Shown one piece after another: positions 36,256 through 47,500 of a DNA stretch of 64,000 bases. The stretch is taken from contig NIVC01000713.1 in assembly GCA_002269645.1 (NCBI GenBank), positions 372,001-436,000 of the forward strand, given 5' to 3'. Within the stretch, counting starts at the first letter, position 1. Each line of letters begins with the position of its first letter. The notes under the pieces were generated by a model. That model ran no database searches. It was not told the origin of the DNA and saw nothing but the letters and a program-made list of their open reading frames with translations. The DNA comes from Macrostomum lignano (Eukaryota). A program made the position numbers and the translations under genes.

Positions 36256-38800
36256 ATGCCTCCTGATTTTATGCCCCCTGCCCTGGCCAGCCCAGTTGAG
36301 CTCGACCCGTGGCCAGCCACTAGCCTGCCTCCGGACAAGACCTCCGACCTCACCGCCCCCCAAGGTGACCTCCGCATCGACGCTTGGCGCCTCGAGTTGG
36401 CTGGCGACAACGACGCTGAGTTTATCCTGCATGGCATCGAGCATGGCTTCTCCATCGCCGACGACTTCGATTTTACTCCTTGCTTCTGCAGCAATTATCA
36501 ATCTGTCAATCAGTATCACAGCAAAGTTCAAGCTGTCCTAGAGGATGAAATTCGACGCGGGAGGTACGTCCCCGTCGCTGACAAGCCGACGATGTTCTGC
36601 CCGTGTAGAGATCTCCAAACACAGTAGTCTACTAAAAGTAGTAACATAAAATTATGAACACAAATTTAAAAATAGCTATGTGTCATACTCTATTTTTAGT
36701 AATACCAGTCATATCACGCAAACAGCGAGTGGCTATGCTATTGTTCGAAAAAACCGGTTCTCGACATCTATTTTTAGAACTTCCAAATATGGTAAATGTT
36801 AACCTGAATGTGACCCAAGTCTCACCCCTTTCTATTCAAAAACCCCACCTGTCAAATAATACAATTCATTTTGTGAACTCATAAAAAAACCGGTTTTGAG
36901 CTCAAGGTCGACTCAAGGCCGAAAAATTGTGTATAAATACAAACGCAAAATCCGAGCTGAAATCTCAGACTCGGAGCAGCCTCCAAAGATCTTGGGCTTT
37001 GCAAGAGCAGCCAACGAGGCTATATCTCTGAGGAAGAGATAAACACCAATTGGTAAGCTTTGTTCAAGTCTTCGTTATTTTGATTATTGAGAGCGATTGT
37101 TATTGCCGGCCGTTACTGTTCAGTTGATTTTATTGAGTCTATTGAGTTTGAGGCCTCCCATTTCCTAAGGGATTGGATAGGATCTGCGGACCGATTCCGA
37201 TACCCTTAGAGGATTATCGATTGATTGATTTTGGTTATCCTAGATTAACCGATAGGAGCACACGACTCCGATTCCGTTAGTTCTAGAAGAAGACGCCCTT
37301 TCTGGAGGACTTCAAGAAGACTACCCCGGGAGGAACAGCTCTAAGGAGACGAGCTCTACAGACACGCGCGACAAAGAAGAGGAGCCCGCAACAGTAAGTG
37401 ATCACTGATTTTGTTCCCAGGCTGAAGTGTCTGGAAGTGGGAGTTTTCGGGGGACTGATCACCTCCCGAATCAACTCTTCACCCGCTTGGCGCCATTCCG
37501 AAAGACAGCTCCGACATCCGGCTGATCCACGACTGCTCCGTCCCTCGCGGCTGCAGCCTTAACGATCACTACGTGCAGCAACGTCGGCTCCGCTTCGCAT
37601 CTGTCGACGAGGCCATCCGGATGATGCAGCCGGGCTGGTTCATGGCGAAAGTTGATATTTCTTCGGCATATCGCAGTGTGCCCATCTCTCCGCAGTGCTA
37701 TCAAGCCACCGGAATTCACTGGGACTTCGGCGACGGCCGCCCGGCCTTCCTGGTGGACACTCGCCTCCCGTTCGGCAGTCGCGCTTTGTTATCCGTCTTT
37801 CATCGCCTCACGCAAGCTGTCCGCCGCATGATGTGTCGCAAAGGATTTCTGTCCACCATCGTCTTCATCGATGACTTTCTCATCGCTGCCAAGACGAAAG
37901 CCGAGTGCCACCTGGCCTACTACGAGCTGCGTGACCTGCTCGCGAGGCTCGGGTTCACCATTAACGAGAAGAAGAGCGTGCCGCCAACGACCAAGCTGAG
38001 GTTCCTCGGGATCGATATCGACACCGTGCAGGCGAGCCTGTCCTTCCCTCCCGACAAAGCTGAAAAACTCCAGCTTCTGCTCAACGCCAGCACCTTCAAG
38101 AAGACTATCAGCAAGTCCGAGCTGCAGAAGCTGCTGGGGCACCTCAGCCACATGTGCACAGTGGCGCAGCACGGCCGGACGTTCCTGCGCCCACTGATCG
38201 AGTTCGCCAACAGCTTGTCGCACCCGTCTGATCGGCTCCCAGTCGCCGAGGAACTCCAATTGCAGCTGCGATGGTGGAAAACCGCCCTGAGCATGCTGCC
38301 GGCTAAGGCTGCCTGGCCCTCCCGCCGGCCGGCGGCTGCTATCGAATCCGACGCCTGTGAAGCGGGCGGAGGCGCTGTGCTGCACTTGGGCGACAGACCC
38401 TCGACTTGGCTCTACATTGACTGGCAGATCGACTGCGACAGCGCTTTCAACGAGCTCCACATCAACCTCAAAGAGTGTGCCGCTCCCCTCGTTGCGCTCG
38501 TGCAGCACCAGGAAGCCCTTAAGGGCCGCTCGATTGCGGTCTACACCGACAGCACCGCCGCCTGCGGCATAATCAATTCCGGCTCCGCTAAGCACCGCGG
38601 CATTGCTGATCTGCAACGGCGTGTCGCCCTGACCTGCATCAAGCACGACATAATTGTCCGCGCGCATCACGTACCTGGCCGCTTCCAGCTGCTAGCTGAC
38701 CCGCTGTCTAGATCCCACGACGCCATCCAGCTTTCCAATTTTCTCCTGCGCTTCTATGGCACCTGCTATGTGCCGACCAGCTTGCTTGCCTCTGCTTGCT
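36256..38800 (+). CDS. DIRS/Ngaro reverse transcriptase-RNase H, split by a solo LTR at 36604-37481
   Basis: FILHGIEHGFSI...KPTMFCP | LGAIPKD..RLIHDCS joins in frame when the insert is removed. Also KVDISSAYR, RLPFG, FIDDF, FLGIDID, IESDAC, HINLKE, YTDSTAA, HVPG..LADPLSR. Confidence 0.9.
36604..37481. mobile_element. Solo LTR (878 bp, TG...CA) with 4-bp TSD CCCG, probably Gypsy-type
   Basis: Starts TGTAGAG and ends CTCTTCA; CCCG at 36600-36603 and 37482-37485; excision restores the RT frame. Confidence 0.88.
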
Positions 38801-39844
38801 TGAGTCCTGCCGCTGCCTCCCGCCTCCTTTTTCAGGTCCGCCTCCTGTGGTCCCGGTTCCCGGCCTCACTGCGCCCGCCCGCCAACTGCTCGGCCAGGGC
38901 TTCGCCAGCTCGACTCGCTCCGCCTACGCCAGCCAGTGCGCATCCTGGCACCGCTTCTGCGCTGCCCATGTCGTTCGACCGCTCGCAGCCCGGCCTGCCG
39001 ATGTGTGCAACTACCTGGCCGAGCTGGCCAGCAACCGGCTGCGCTCTGTCAGCTCCTGGCGTGCCACCTCGCCGCTGTGTTCTGGTTGTACAAGGCAAAC
39101 GGTCTGCCCGACCCAACCAGGCAACCACTGGTTCAGCTCGCCATGCGCGGAGCTCGCCGACTCCTGGGGGCCGCCCCAAAGGCCAAACAAGCTCTGCTCC
39201 CGGCCGACCTGCGTCGACTGTACAGCGTGCTACGGCCAGGCGAGACTCACGACTGCGCGTTCTGGTGTGCCTGCATCGTCGGCTGGTGGGCCATGTTGCG
39301 GAAAGCCAACCTGTGCGTCTCCGGCCGGTTCGATCCGCGGCGAGACCTCTGCGCGAGCTGCATCCGACCATCGAGGGGCGGCGCCACCCTCGTCATCCCG
39401 AGATCTAAAACGAACCAGTTCGGATCGCGCCAGCACCGCGTCTTCTTGCCGCAGCTCCCAATCGGCAACCCGCTCTGCCCAGTCGCGGCGCTCCAGAAGC
39501 AGCTGTCGCTCAACCGACCACAAGCCGCCCAGCATCATCTCTTCGGCGTCCGCTCAGGACAAGGAGTCAGACCGCTCACGCCGCGGGTCTTCGCTAAGGC
39601 CCTGCGCGCTGCCCTGCATCGAGCCGGCTTCGCCGACCCATCCAGCTTTTCCGGGCACTCATTGCGTCGAGGAGGCGCGACGTCTGCGGCCAACGCCGGC
39701 ATCCCCATCGACTCTGTCATGAGAGTCGGCGACTGGGCCAGCAGCGCGGTGGAGCGATACCTGCCGCCACCTGATGCTGAGCGCCGCGCGCCACTCCGCC
39801 TTGCGGCGACGCTCTCGCTCCCTGGCTCCATCCTTGACTCCTGA
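38796..39844 (+). CDS. Tyrosine recombinase of the retrotransposon; apparent 1-nt frameshift near 39055
   Basis: N-terminal SAM-like part (FASSTRSAYASQCASWHRFC) in one frame; MLRKANL, IPRSKTNQFG, LCPVAAL, HSLRRGGATSAA, GDWASSAVERY in another. Confidence 0.88.
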
Positions 39845-41151
39845 CTCTCCTAGGTTGGGGTTTTGGGCTCGCTTCGCCTGCCCTTCGTCGTCCTCGCCAT
39901 TCCCGCGCCTTCCGTCTTTGTCCTGTTAGCTAACATTAATTATTCGATAGAAATTAGATATTTTATTTAGTAATGTGAGCATTCTATGCCACTTGATTCT
40001 ATGTTGTACGCGTCTGTGTTTCAGGGGGAGGGGTGCTTGCTAGTTTCACAATAATAATTCAATCTATTCAATCAAATCGAAAACCACCGAAAACTTTAAA
40101 TTGTTGCGAGTCCGTTAATGTTCAGGCGGACTGGAATGATACATTTCACCAAACTAATTATAGTTGATATGCTTTTTAATACCAAGATTAAAAATATATT
40201 TTAAACAGTTCTTTCATGGCTCATTAACGTTATTTATATACACATATGAAAAGTTATTTTGAGCCATTTCAAAGGTGCTCGAACGAACCTAAAATAAATA
40301 TCTAACGAACTTCCAGAGCTTCAAATAAGCAATGTACGATGTTGATACACAAAAATTAATGGAGATGAATTTTTTAAAAATATTGAGCAGCATCCTGTAA
40401 AGCAAACAGACGTCCAGAAAGTGAGATGCTGCGATTTTTTAATGCAAGGGGCCGAAACTTCTTATCTATTTAATTCAATTTAGCATTTCTTCTTACAGAT
40501 ACTTGCAGCCAGCTGGCCATGTGTGAAGGTCACTCGGTGTCGGTGCAGGCAGTTCCATGGAATTTCCGTGGCAATTCCACAAACTATCGTAAAACAGCGC
40601 ATTTTGTTTAGCCTAAATGTGCATGTGATTTCACCTGTGAAACTAATAAAATTTTCCAGAACCAATTAATGCTCTTGAGCTCAATTTCAAACGGTATTTT
40701 TCTGTTTTTTTTGTTATTTCAATGCAGGACAAAATTAAAGAAAGTTCCACTTATACTTTCATATAGTTTAATTATAGACGCAATGCGTGGAGAAAAAGAC
40801 GCAAACAAATTTGTACGTAAAAAATTTTGAACGAGGTAAATCATTGCAAATCGGGAATACAAAATCAATCATATTTAACAATTGTACCATTGTTAGTCTA
40901 TCAAAAATCGTTGCTGAATGCATGAAAGCGCGTAAAAATTAAGGGCACATTCAAATTACATCATAAATCATTATGTATACGTAGGAGGTAATTACGATTC
41001 CCGGTAACGATACTCAGGTAGCACTGGTAGTAACTAATAAGGCGTTACATGTAATACGTAAAATAATTCCAAGGTGATTTCAGATGCCAGTGACTGTAAA
41101 GTACATTTGATGCAGTAACGCCTCTTTACTACACTCGTGCAGCAAGCAGAG

Positions 41152-41745
41152 CTACTTTGGTTTCAAGATTCGAGCTGCCAACCACAGCGACTGTCGCAGC
41201 TCGCTCAGCAGGCAGTGCAGTCGAACCGCCTGCTGCTGCAGACTCCGGGCACCCACTAGCGTCCCGGACCGCGTGTCCAACAGCCGATCGTTGGCCTTCT
41301 CAATCGAGAACTGCACCCAGCGGCCGGAGTCCCCGCAGAACAGCAGGCCAACCTTGTAGCTGAGCGAGTCCGACTCGAACACGAACCATAAAAAGCAGCG
41401 AGTGGAGTCAGCCGTCACGCGGGTCAGCGTGGATTGTTCCTCGCTCTCGTCGCTGTCAGAGTCCAGACAGCGCGTGCAATTGTCGTCGTCATTGTCGATA
41501 TCAACGCGTTGAGCGTCCAGCAGTTCGATCTCTTGCACACACCGGACTCCGAGTGCGTCGGTCTGAGCTGAGCAGAAGCGCATTGCGGTCAGCGAAGCAT
41601 CGGCATCCCGTCTGGCCAGCAGCTCCGTCATCCAGTGCTGCACGGCCTCGCCAGCCACCGCATCCGACGGGTCGCTGAGGTAGAACAGGTAAGCCACCTG
41701 GCACAGCAGCTGACGGCCAGACTGGAGAGCGCTATACCGGTCCAT
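41152..41745 (-). CDS. Intronless 197-aa ORF of unknown function
   Basis: Non-repetitive GC-rich ORF in AT-rich flanks with ATG and TAG; TATATAAG about 46 nt upstream (41798-41791); no family recognised. Confidence 0.6.
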   Translation of the reverse strand: MDRYSALQSGRQLLCQVAYLFYLSDPSDAVAGEAVQHWMTELLARRDADASLTAMRFCSAQTDALGVRCVQEIELLDAQRVDIDNDDDNCTRCLDSDSDESEEQSTLTRVTADSTRCFLWFVFESDSLSYKVGLLFCGDSGRWVQFSIEKANDRLLDTRSGTLVGARSLQQQAVRLHCLLSELRQSLWLAARILKPK

Positions 41746-42819
41746 GATTCGGTTTCCTTCAACTATCCAGCTAGAAGACTACAGCTGCTGCTTATATAGC
41801 AACGCCGTGATTTAGCAAGTGCACGTACACTCTACAGGATTGCAGCTATAGTAGCCATCTACCCACACAGAGCTGTTTAGTATACGTCTATTTTAGTACA
41901 GCAGAGGCTGGCTGCAGCTAAAATTGGGTTGCAGGGCCGGCTGTGCAACTATTTTTAGACAAAGCAGCACAGATAAACGCAGCGGGCTACGACACGCACA
42001 CCGGAGGGTCCAGAACACGCGGGAAAGCGAGGCCAACCCGCCCCCACCCCTCAGCTCCGCGGGTGTGTCGCAACTGACTATTAGAAATATATTGACATCT
42101 AATGTCCGAGTGTTGTGACATTGCCGACAGCCAATCTATGGGTGCACTCTAAATCTAAAGTAATTACAAGGCATTAAAAGGCCAATATAGATCTACAGAA
42201 TAATTATAACTGATTAGCAATAATATAAAAACGCTAAAAATAATAGCCAACTATCAAGGATTTGGCCATGGAAAAGCTTTCTAGCTAAATTTGTCCTAAA
42301 ATTGAGCCACATTAAAATCGCTTAAAACAGTGCGAGCAGGGCACAGAAACTGAACTTGCTAAATTTAACTTGGCAAATGACAAGACATTCTCTTTGCCAG
42401 AGATTGCTGCCAGCCTATAGCAAGCAGGTTGTGCCAGAAATAGCCGATTGATAGAAGCATTCTGTTTCAAAACTGCAGAGAACGTTCTCAACTCTAATAT
42501 CTAACTTTTGTCTTTTGGATAAAGGGGAATGACCCCGAAGGAGGAGATTGGAGATATGGTGAGGCAGGGAGAGGAAAGGGAATGGGAGAGAGAGGAACCT
42601 TAACGATGGTTAGAATTGTATATGTGGTTTCAGAGATTGACAATGAATTATTTCACGAGTGGCTGAGTTATGTCACGAGTGGCTGAATTATGTCACGAGT
42701 GGCTGAATTATGTCACGAGTGGCCACTAGTGACAATAATTTATTGTCTATGACTATGATGAAACCACATCTGCATTGTTATATGGATTCATACGAGTATA
42801 TGTGCTCAAAGTTGAACAA

Positions 42820-43503
42820 TGATAGATGAAAATTAAGTGAAATGAAGTGGAAATTGAGCCATAGACAAACAGTGATAGATGAAAATTAGGTGCAATGAAG
42901 TGGAAATTGAGCCATAAACAAACAGTGATAGATGAAAATTAAGTGAAATGAAGTGGAAATTGAGCCATAGACAAACAGTGATAGATGAAAATTAGGTGCA
43001 ATGAAGTGGAAATTGAGCCATAGACAAACAATGATAGATGAAAATTAAGTGAAATGAAGTGGAAATTGAGCCATAGACAAACAGTGATAGATGAAAATTA
43101 GGTGCAATGAAGTGGAAATTGAGCCATAGACAAACAATGATAGATGAAAATTAAGTGAAATGAAGTGGAAATTGAGCCATAGACAAACAATGATAGATGA
43201 AAATTAAGTGAAATGAAGTGGAAATTGAGCCATAGACAAACAATGATAGATGAAAATTAGGTGCAATGAAGTGGAAATTGAGCCATAGACAAACAATGAT
43301 AGATGGAAATTAGGTGAAATGAAGTGGAAATTGAGCCATAGACAAACAATGATAGATGAAAATTAGGTGAAATGAAGTGGAAATTGAGCCATAGACAAAC
43401 AGTGATAGATGGAAATTAAGTGACATGAAGTGGAAATTGAACCATAGACAAACAGTGATAGATGGAAATTAAGTGACATGAAGTGGAAATTGAGCCATAG
43501 ACA
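42820..43503. repeat. 53-bp minisatellite (GATAGATGAAAATTAAGTGAAATGAAGTGGAAATTGAGCCATAGACAAACAGT)
   Basis: About 13 tandem units. Confidence 0.93.
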
Positions 43504-44537
43504 AAGAAGCCAATAAGGGCAAATGGCCTCAGTTAGAGGGCGCTTCAGTTTTCTGGTTTCTTGCATAACTAAAGCTAGGGAGGCGTCGCTGTTAGGGAGG
43601 CGTCGGCGTCTATCGGCCAGGCACTGGTCAGGCAAGTCAGCGGCGAGAGTTCGTGCTAAACGCGTTCAACAACATTTGGTCACGCTACAGAGTTGTAATC
43701 AAGCAGCGATGGTGAATCAATCCAGATTCCAGCCTGCGTCGTGAACCTTGTCAACAACAGGCACATTAAATAAAAATTATACATACACCGGCGTTGAACA
43801 ACGTTGCTTGTTGTACACTAGATAATAATGAAAATATCAATATAACAATGAAAGCATTGAGTAGTCAGTTAATTCGTACACCTGGCAAACAGCCTGGTTG
43901 CATGACATAAAAAGTAATGGTCAGTTATTTTATATTTACATGCAATACTGTGAACTGTCTGATTTGCGACAGAACCGTATTTTAACATTTTTATCTCAGC
44001 AGTGAATTCATAGAAATATATATTTGCACAATAAAAAATATGACGACAACGTAGGACAGTATAATAGGCCTATAAAATTATATACACTTTCTAACCTATA
44101 CGATTTGATTAACGCATGCTTGAAAAAATAAAACCGAAAACATGCGTAACCAAATGCTAGAAAACTTATAAAGCTTTAAAGAAGCGTGCGATGATTTTAT
44201 AGATCCTCTTAAGCTCTGAACTAGAAACCAAACAACTATTTAAGCAAGAAAAGGCCGACAAAGCGCGATGAACCAAAATGAAATCGAAAAATCGATAAGA
44301 AATCGATAAGAAATCGATAAGAAATCGATAAATCGATAAGAAATCGATAAATCGATAAGAAATCGATAAATCAATAAGAAATCGATAAATTGATAAATAG
44401 ATAACAAGACTGAGAATTATTATAAAAAAACACTGACAAAGTTCATACAATGACAGGCTAGCCATTTCTATTTAATGCCAAGCTGCCCTTTTAAAAGCAT
44501 AACAAAACGAAGATTCAGAATGCAATTAGCCCTGATT

Positions 44538-47500
44538 TCAGTCGTCATCGATAACAATAGGCTTAATGTCGATCTCGCCGTCGGACAAATTGGCCTCTTG
44601 TGCGTCGCTTACAGCCGCGACATTAGATGAAGATGCGCCAGGCTGTTTTTGCCCGTCATCTTTTGGCTGTTGTTGAGCCTGTTTCTTCTGTCTGTCAAGA
44701 TCTTGCACAACTCTGGCCAGCAGCTGGTCCACCGACTGGTCAGGGAACTCTGGCACTTTGACAGGGCCGCCGCGGCCGCCGTCCGAATCTGTTGACCAGT
44801 CGCTGCTGATGTGGCCGAGCAGTCGGATGACGCTGCATCGGAGGCTGCGCAGCTGGTCCTGAGTTGTTTTGGCGAACACGTTAGTTATATACCGTTTAAC
44901 ATCGCGTCTGCTAGAAAATGGACTGAGGATCTGGGAGGCTGGCCCAGCAACTGAGGATCTGGGAGGCTGGCCCAGCAACTGAGGATCTGGGAGGCTGGCC
45001 CAGCAACTGAGGATCTGGGAGGCTGGCCCAGCAACTGAGGATCTGGGAGGCTGGCCCAGCAACTGAGGATCTTAGAGGCTGGCCCAGCAACTGAGGATCT
45101 GGGAGGCTGGTGGCCCAGCAACTGAGGATCTGGGAGGCTGGCCCAGCAACTGAGGATCTGGGAGGCTGGCCAAGCAAATGAGGATCTGAGAGGCTGGCCC
45201 AGCAAATGAGGATCTGAGAGGCTGGCCCAGCAAATGAGGATCTGAGAGGCTGGCCCAGCAACTGAGGATCTGGGAGGCTGGCCCAGCAAATGAGGATCTG
45301 AGAGGCTGGCCCAGCAACTAAGAAAAAGTAAACCAACCAAAACAATTGCAGCTCACCTTCACTCGATCGAACCTGGCAGCGGACACGGCGCCCTCCCGTT
45401 TCACAGCCGCAAGATCAACGGACACAGCAGCAGTTGAAGACTCTGCGGTGGCGGACACAACAGACTGCTCCACTTGAGTAGAGTTCATCGCCACGTTGCC
45501 ACCGCCACCGCTGCAGCTGTTAATGTTGCTACTTCTCTCCCGAACCTCCTGCCGACTAGGCTGATGCCGGCCTCCCAACTGGGGGCTGGCAGTCGAGGAG
45601 CTGACTGCGGCAGAAGTGGCCGAAGGCGGATCGAAGCGAGCCCGCTTGCTGCTGGACTCTGCGCTGTGCGAAGCTGCCGACTGTCCAGCCGGCCGAGAGT
45701 TGGACAGCAGCGAGCGGATGGCGGCCGCCTCATTGCGCCGCCTGGCGGTGGTCCTGGCGTCTCTGACATTTGCAATTATTGCGAATCAATAAATTCGGTT
45801 TAGCGTTTACTGTTAGTAGCGAGTAACGAATATTAAGGAATCCTATATTTAAATTTACGATGAAACTTTTGTAAATGGTTGCGACCCATGGATTAAAAAA
45901 TGAGATCGTGGGGGTCAGGGTGAGGATTCAGGGATTCACGGTTAAATTTTTTTTGGATTCACGGTTCTTATTTTGGGACTCACGGTCTGTAATTTTGGGA
46001 TTCAGAGTTGTAATTTTAGGTTTCACGGTCGTAATTCTAGGTTTCACGGTCGTAATTTTGGGATTCACGATTTAATATTTTTGGGATTCACGATTGTCGA
46101 TTATTAATTTTGGGATTCACGTCTTTGATTTTAAGATTTAAAATTGGGATTTTCGATTCACGGATATGGTTTTGATATTCACGGATGGGATTCTGAAATT
46201 TACGGTTGGGATTCTAAGTTTCACGGATGGGATCCTGAGATTCACGGATGGGATTCTAAGTTTCACGGATGGGATCCTGAGATTCACGGATGGGATCCTG
46301 AGATTCACGGTTGGGATTCTAAGCTTCACGGATGGGATCCTGAGATTCATGGATGGGATCCTGAGATTCACGGATGGGATCCTGAGATTCACGGTTAGGA
46401 TTTCGAGATTCACGGTTGGGATTCTGAGATTCACGGTTGGGATTCTGAGATTCACGGTTGGGATCCTGAGATTTAGGACTAGAATACGCAAGGGGAGCGA
46501 GGGAAGCACATGCTGCACTCAACTCACCTGTAGTCCTGCACCATGGACTCCTCGTCCTCGACCTCCTCGGCAATGTCGCAGCGGTTATAATAAGCGTCCG
46601 GGTTCATCGAGCAGTACCAGGCGCGCTTTTCTATCGAACGAAACTCATCGTCCGACACGTCCAGAAGCCGGCGCCATTTCTGACAGCTGTCGCATTGCAC
46701 CCAGCGCCAGTAGCTGGGCGGCGGCGGCGGCGGAGCGGCCGCTGCTGATGAGGCGGCGGCCGAATCAGAGCATCTGTGCAATTCCAGGTACTCTTTCAGC
46801 TTCTGGGTCAGATTGAGAAAGCAGTTGCTGAAAGAGGCGAAAGACATTGGTTGGGATCAATTTGGCTTGCACTGCAGTGCCTGCATAATGACATGCAATC
46901 CCATTTGTTCTCTTTTACGGCGAGAACATTTAGGAATAGGAATTTAGATTTCGAGGTCAGTATCTTGGGAGTTGGAATGAAATTTTGGGACTCGGGAATG
47001 GAATCTTCGAATTCAAAGTTGCGATGTTAGGATTCAAGGTAGGAATTTTGTAATTTGAGGTTGGGATTTCGGGATTCGAATTTGGGATTTTATGATTCGA
47101 AGTTTGGTATTTTTAGTGTCAAGGTTGGATTTTGGGATTCAAGGTTGGGATTTTGGGATTCGAGTTTGGGATTTTGAGATTTGAGGTTGGGATTTTGAGA
47201 TTTGAGGTTGGGATTTTGGGATTCGAGGTTGGGACTTTGGAATTCGAGGTTTAGACTTTGGGATTTAAAGTTGGGATTCTGAATTTGAGGTTAGGATTAT
47301 GGGATTCGAGGTTCGGATTTTGGGGTTGGACACGAGTTTAAGACTCGAGTTTGGGATATTCGGATTAGGAGTTAAGAATCGATCATTTAGTTATTGAGAA
47401 GATTTTGAACTTCCACATGTTAGATTGGGGCACTGTGGTATTTTTTTAAAGCTTAGGAATGAGAAGTATGGGATAAAGGACTAGGATCACGAAAAGATGC

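Larger units (their letters stand above)
35010..39960 (+). mobile_element. Tyrosine-recombinase retrotransposon (DIRS group, Ngaro-like): gag, RT/RNaseH, YR; interrupted by a solo LTR
   Basis: Gag-like ORF with C-terminal Cys/His finger, RT (FIDDF) with RNaseH, then YR with the HSLRRGGAT catalytic motif, in overlapping frames. The outer boundaries are approximate because terminal repeats were not identified. Confidence 0.9.

Noticed and set aside
38800-39408. C-terminal 200 aa of ORF 37573-39408 as an extra RT-fused domain
   Set aside because: Low-complexity read-through overlapping the YR frame; no domain motif recognised.
35080-39935. Short inverted match (TTTAGCTGACAGGAC vs GTCCTGTTAGCTAAC) as DIRS terminal repeats
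   Set aside because: Only 13 of 15 bp and does not extend; insufficient to call an ITR or ICR.
43523-43750. GC-rich segment with short ORFs on both strands
   Set aside because: No recognisable protein motif and no consistent splice partner; may be a UTR or promoter.
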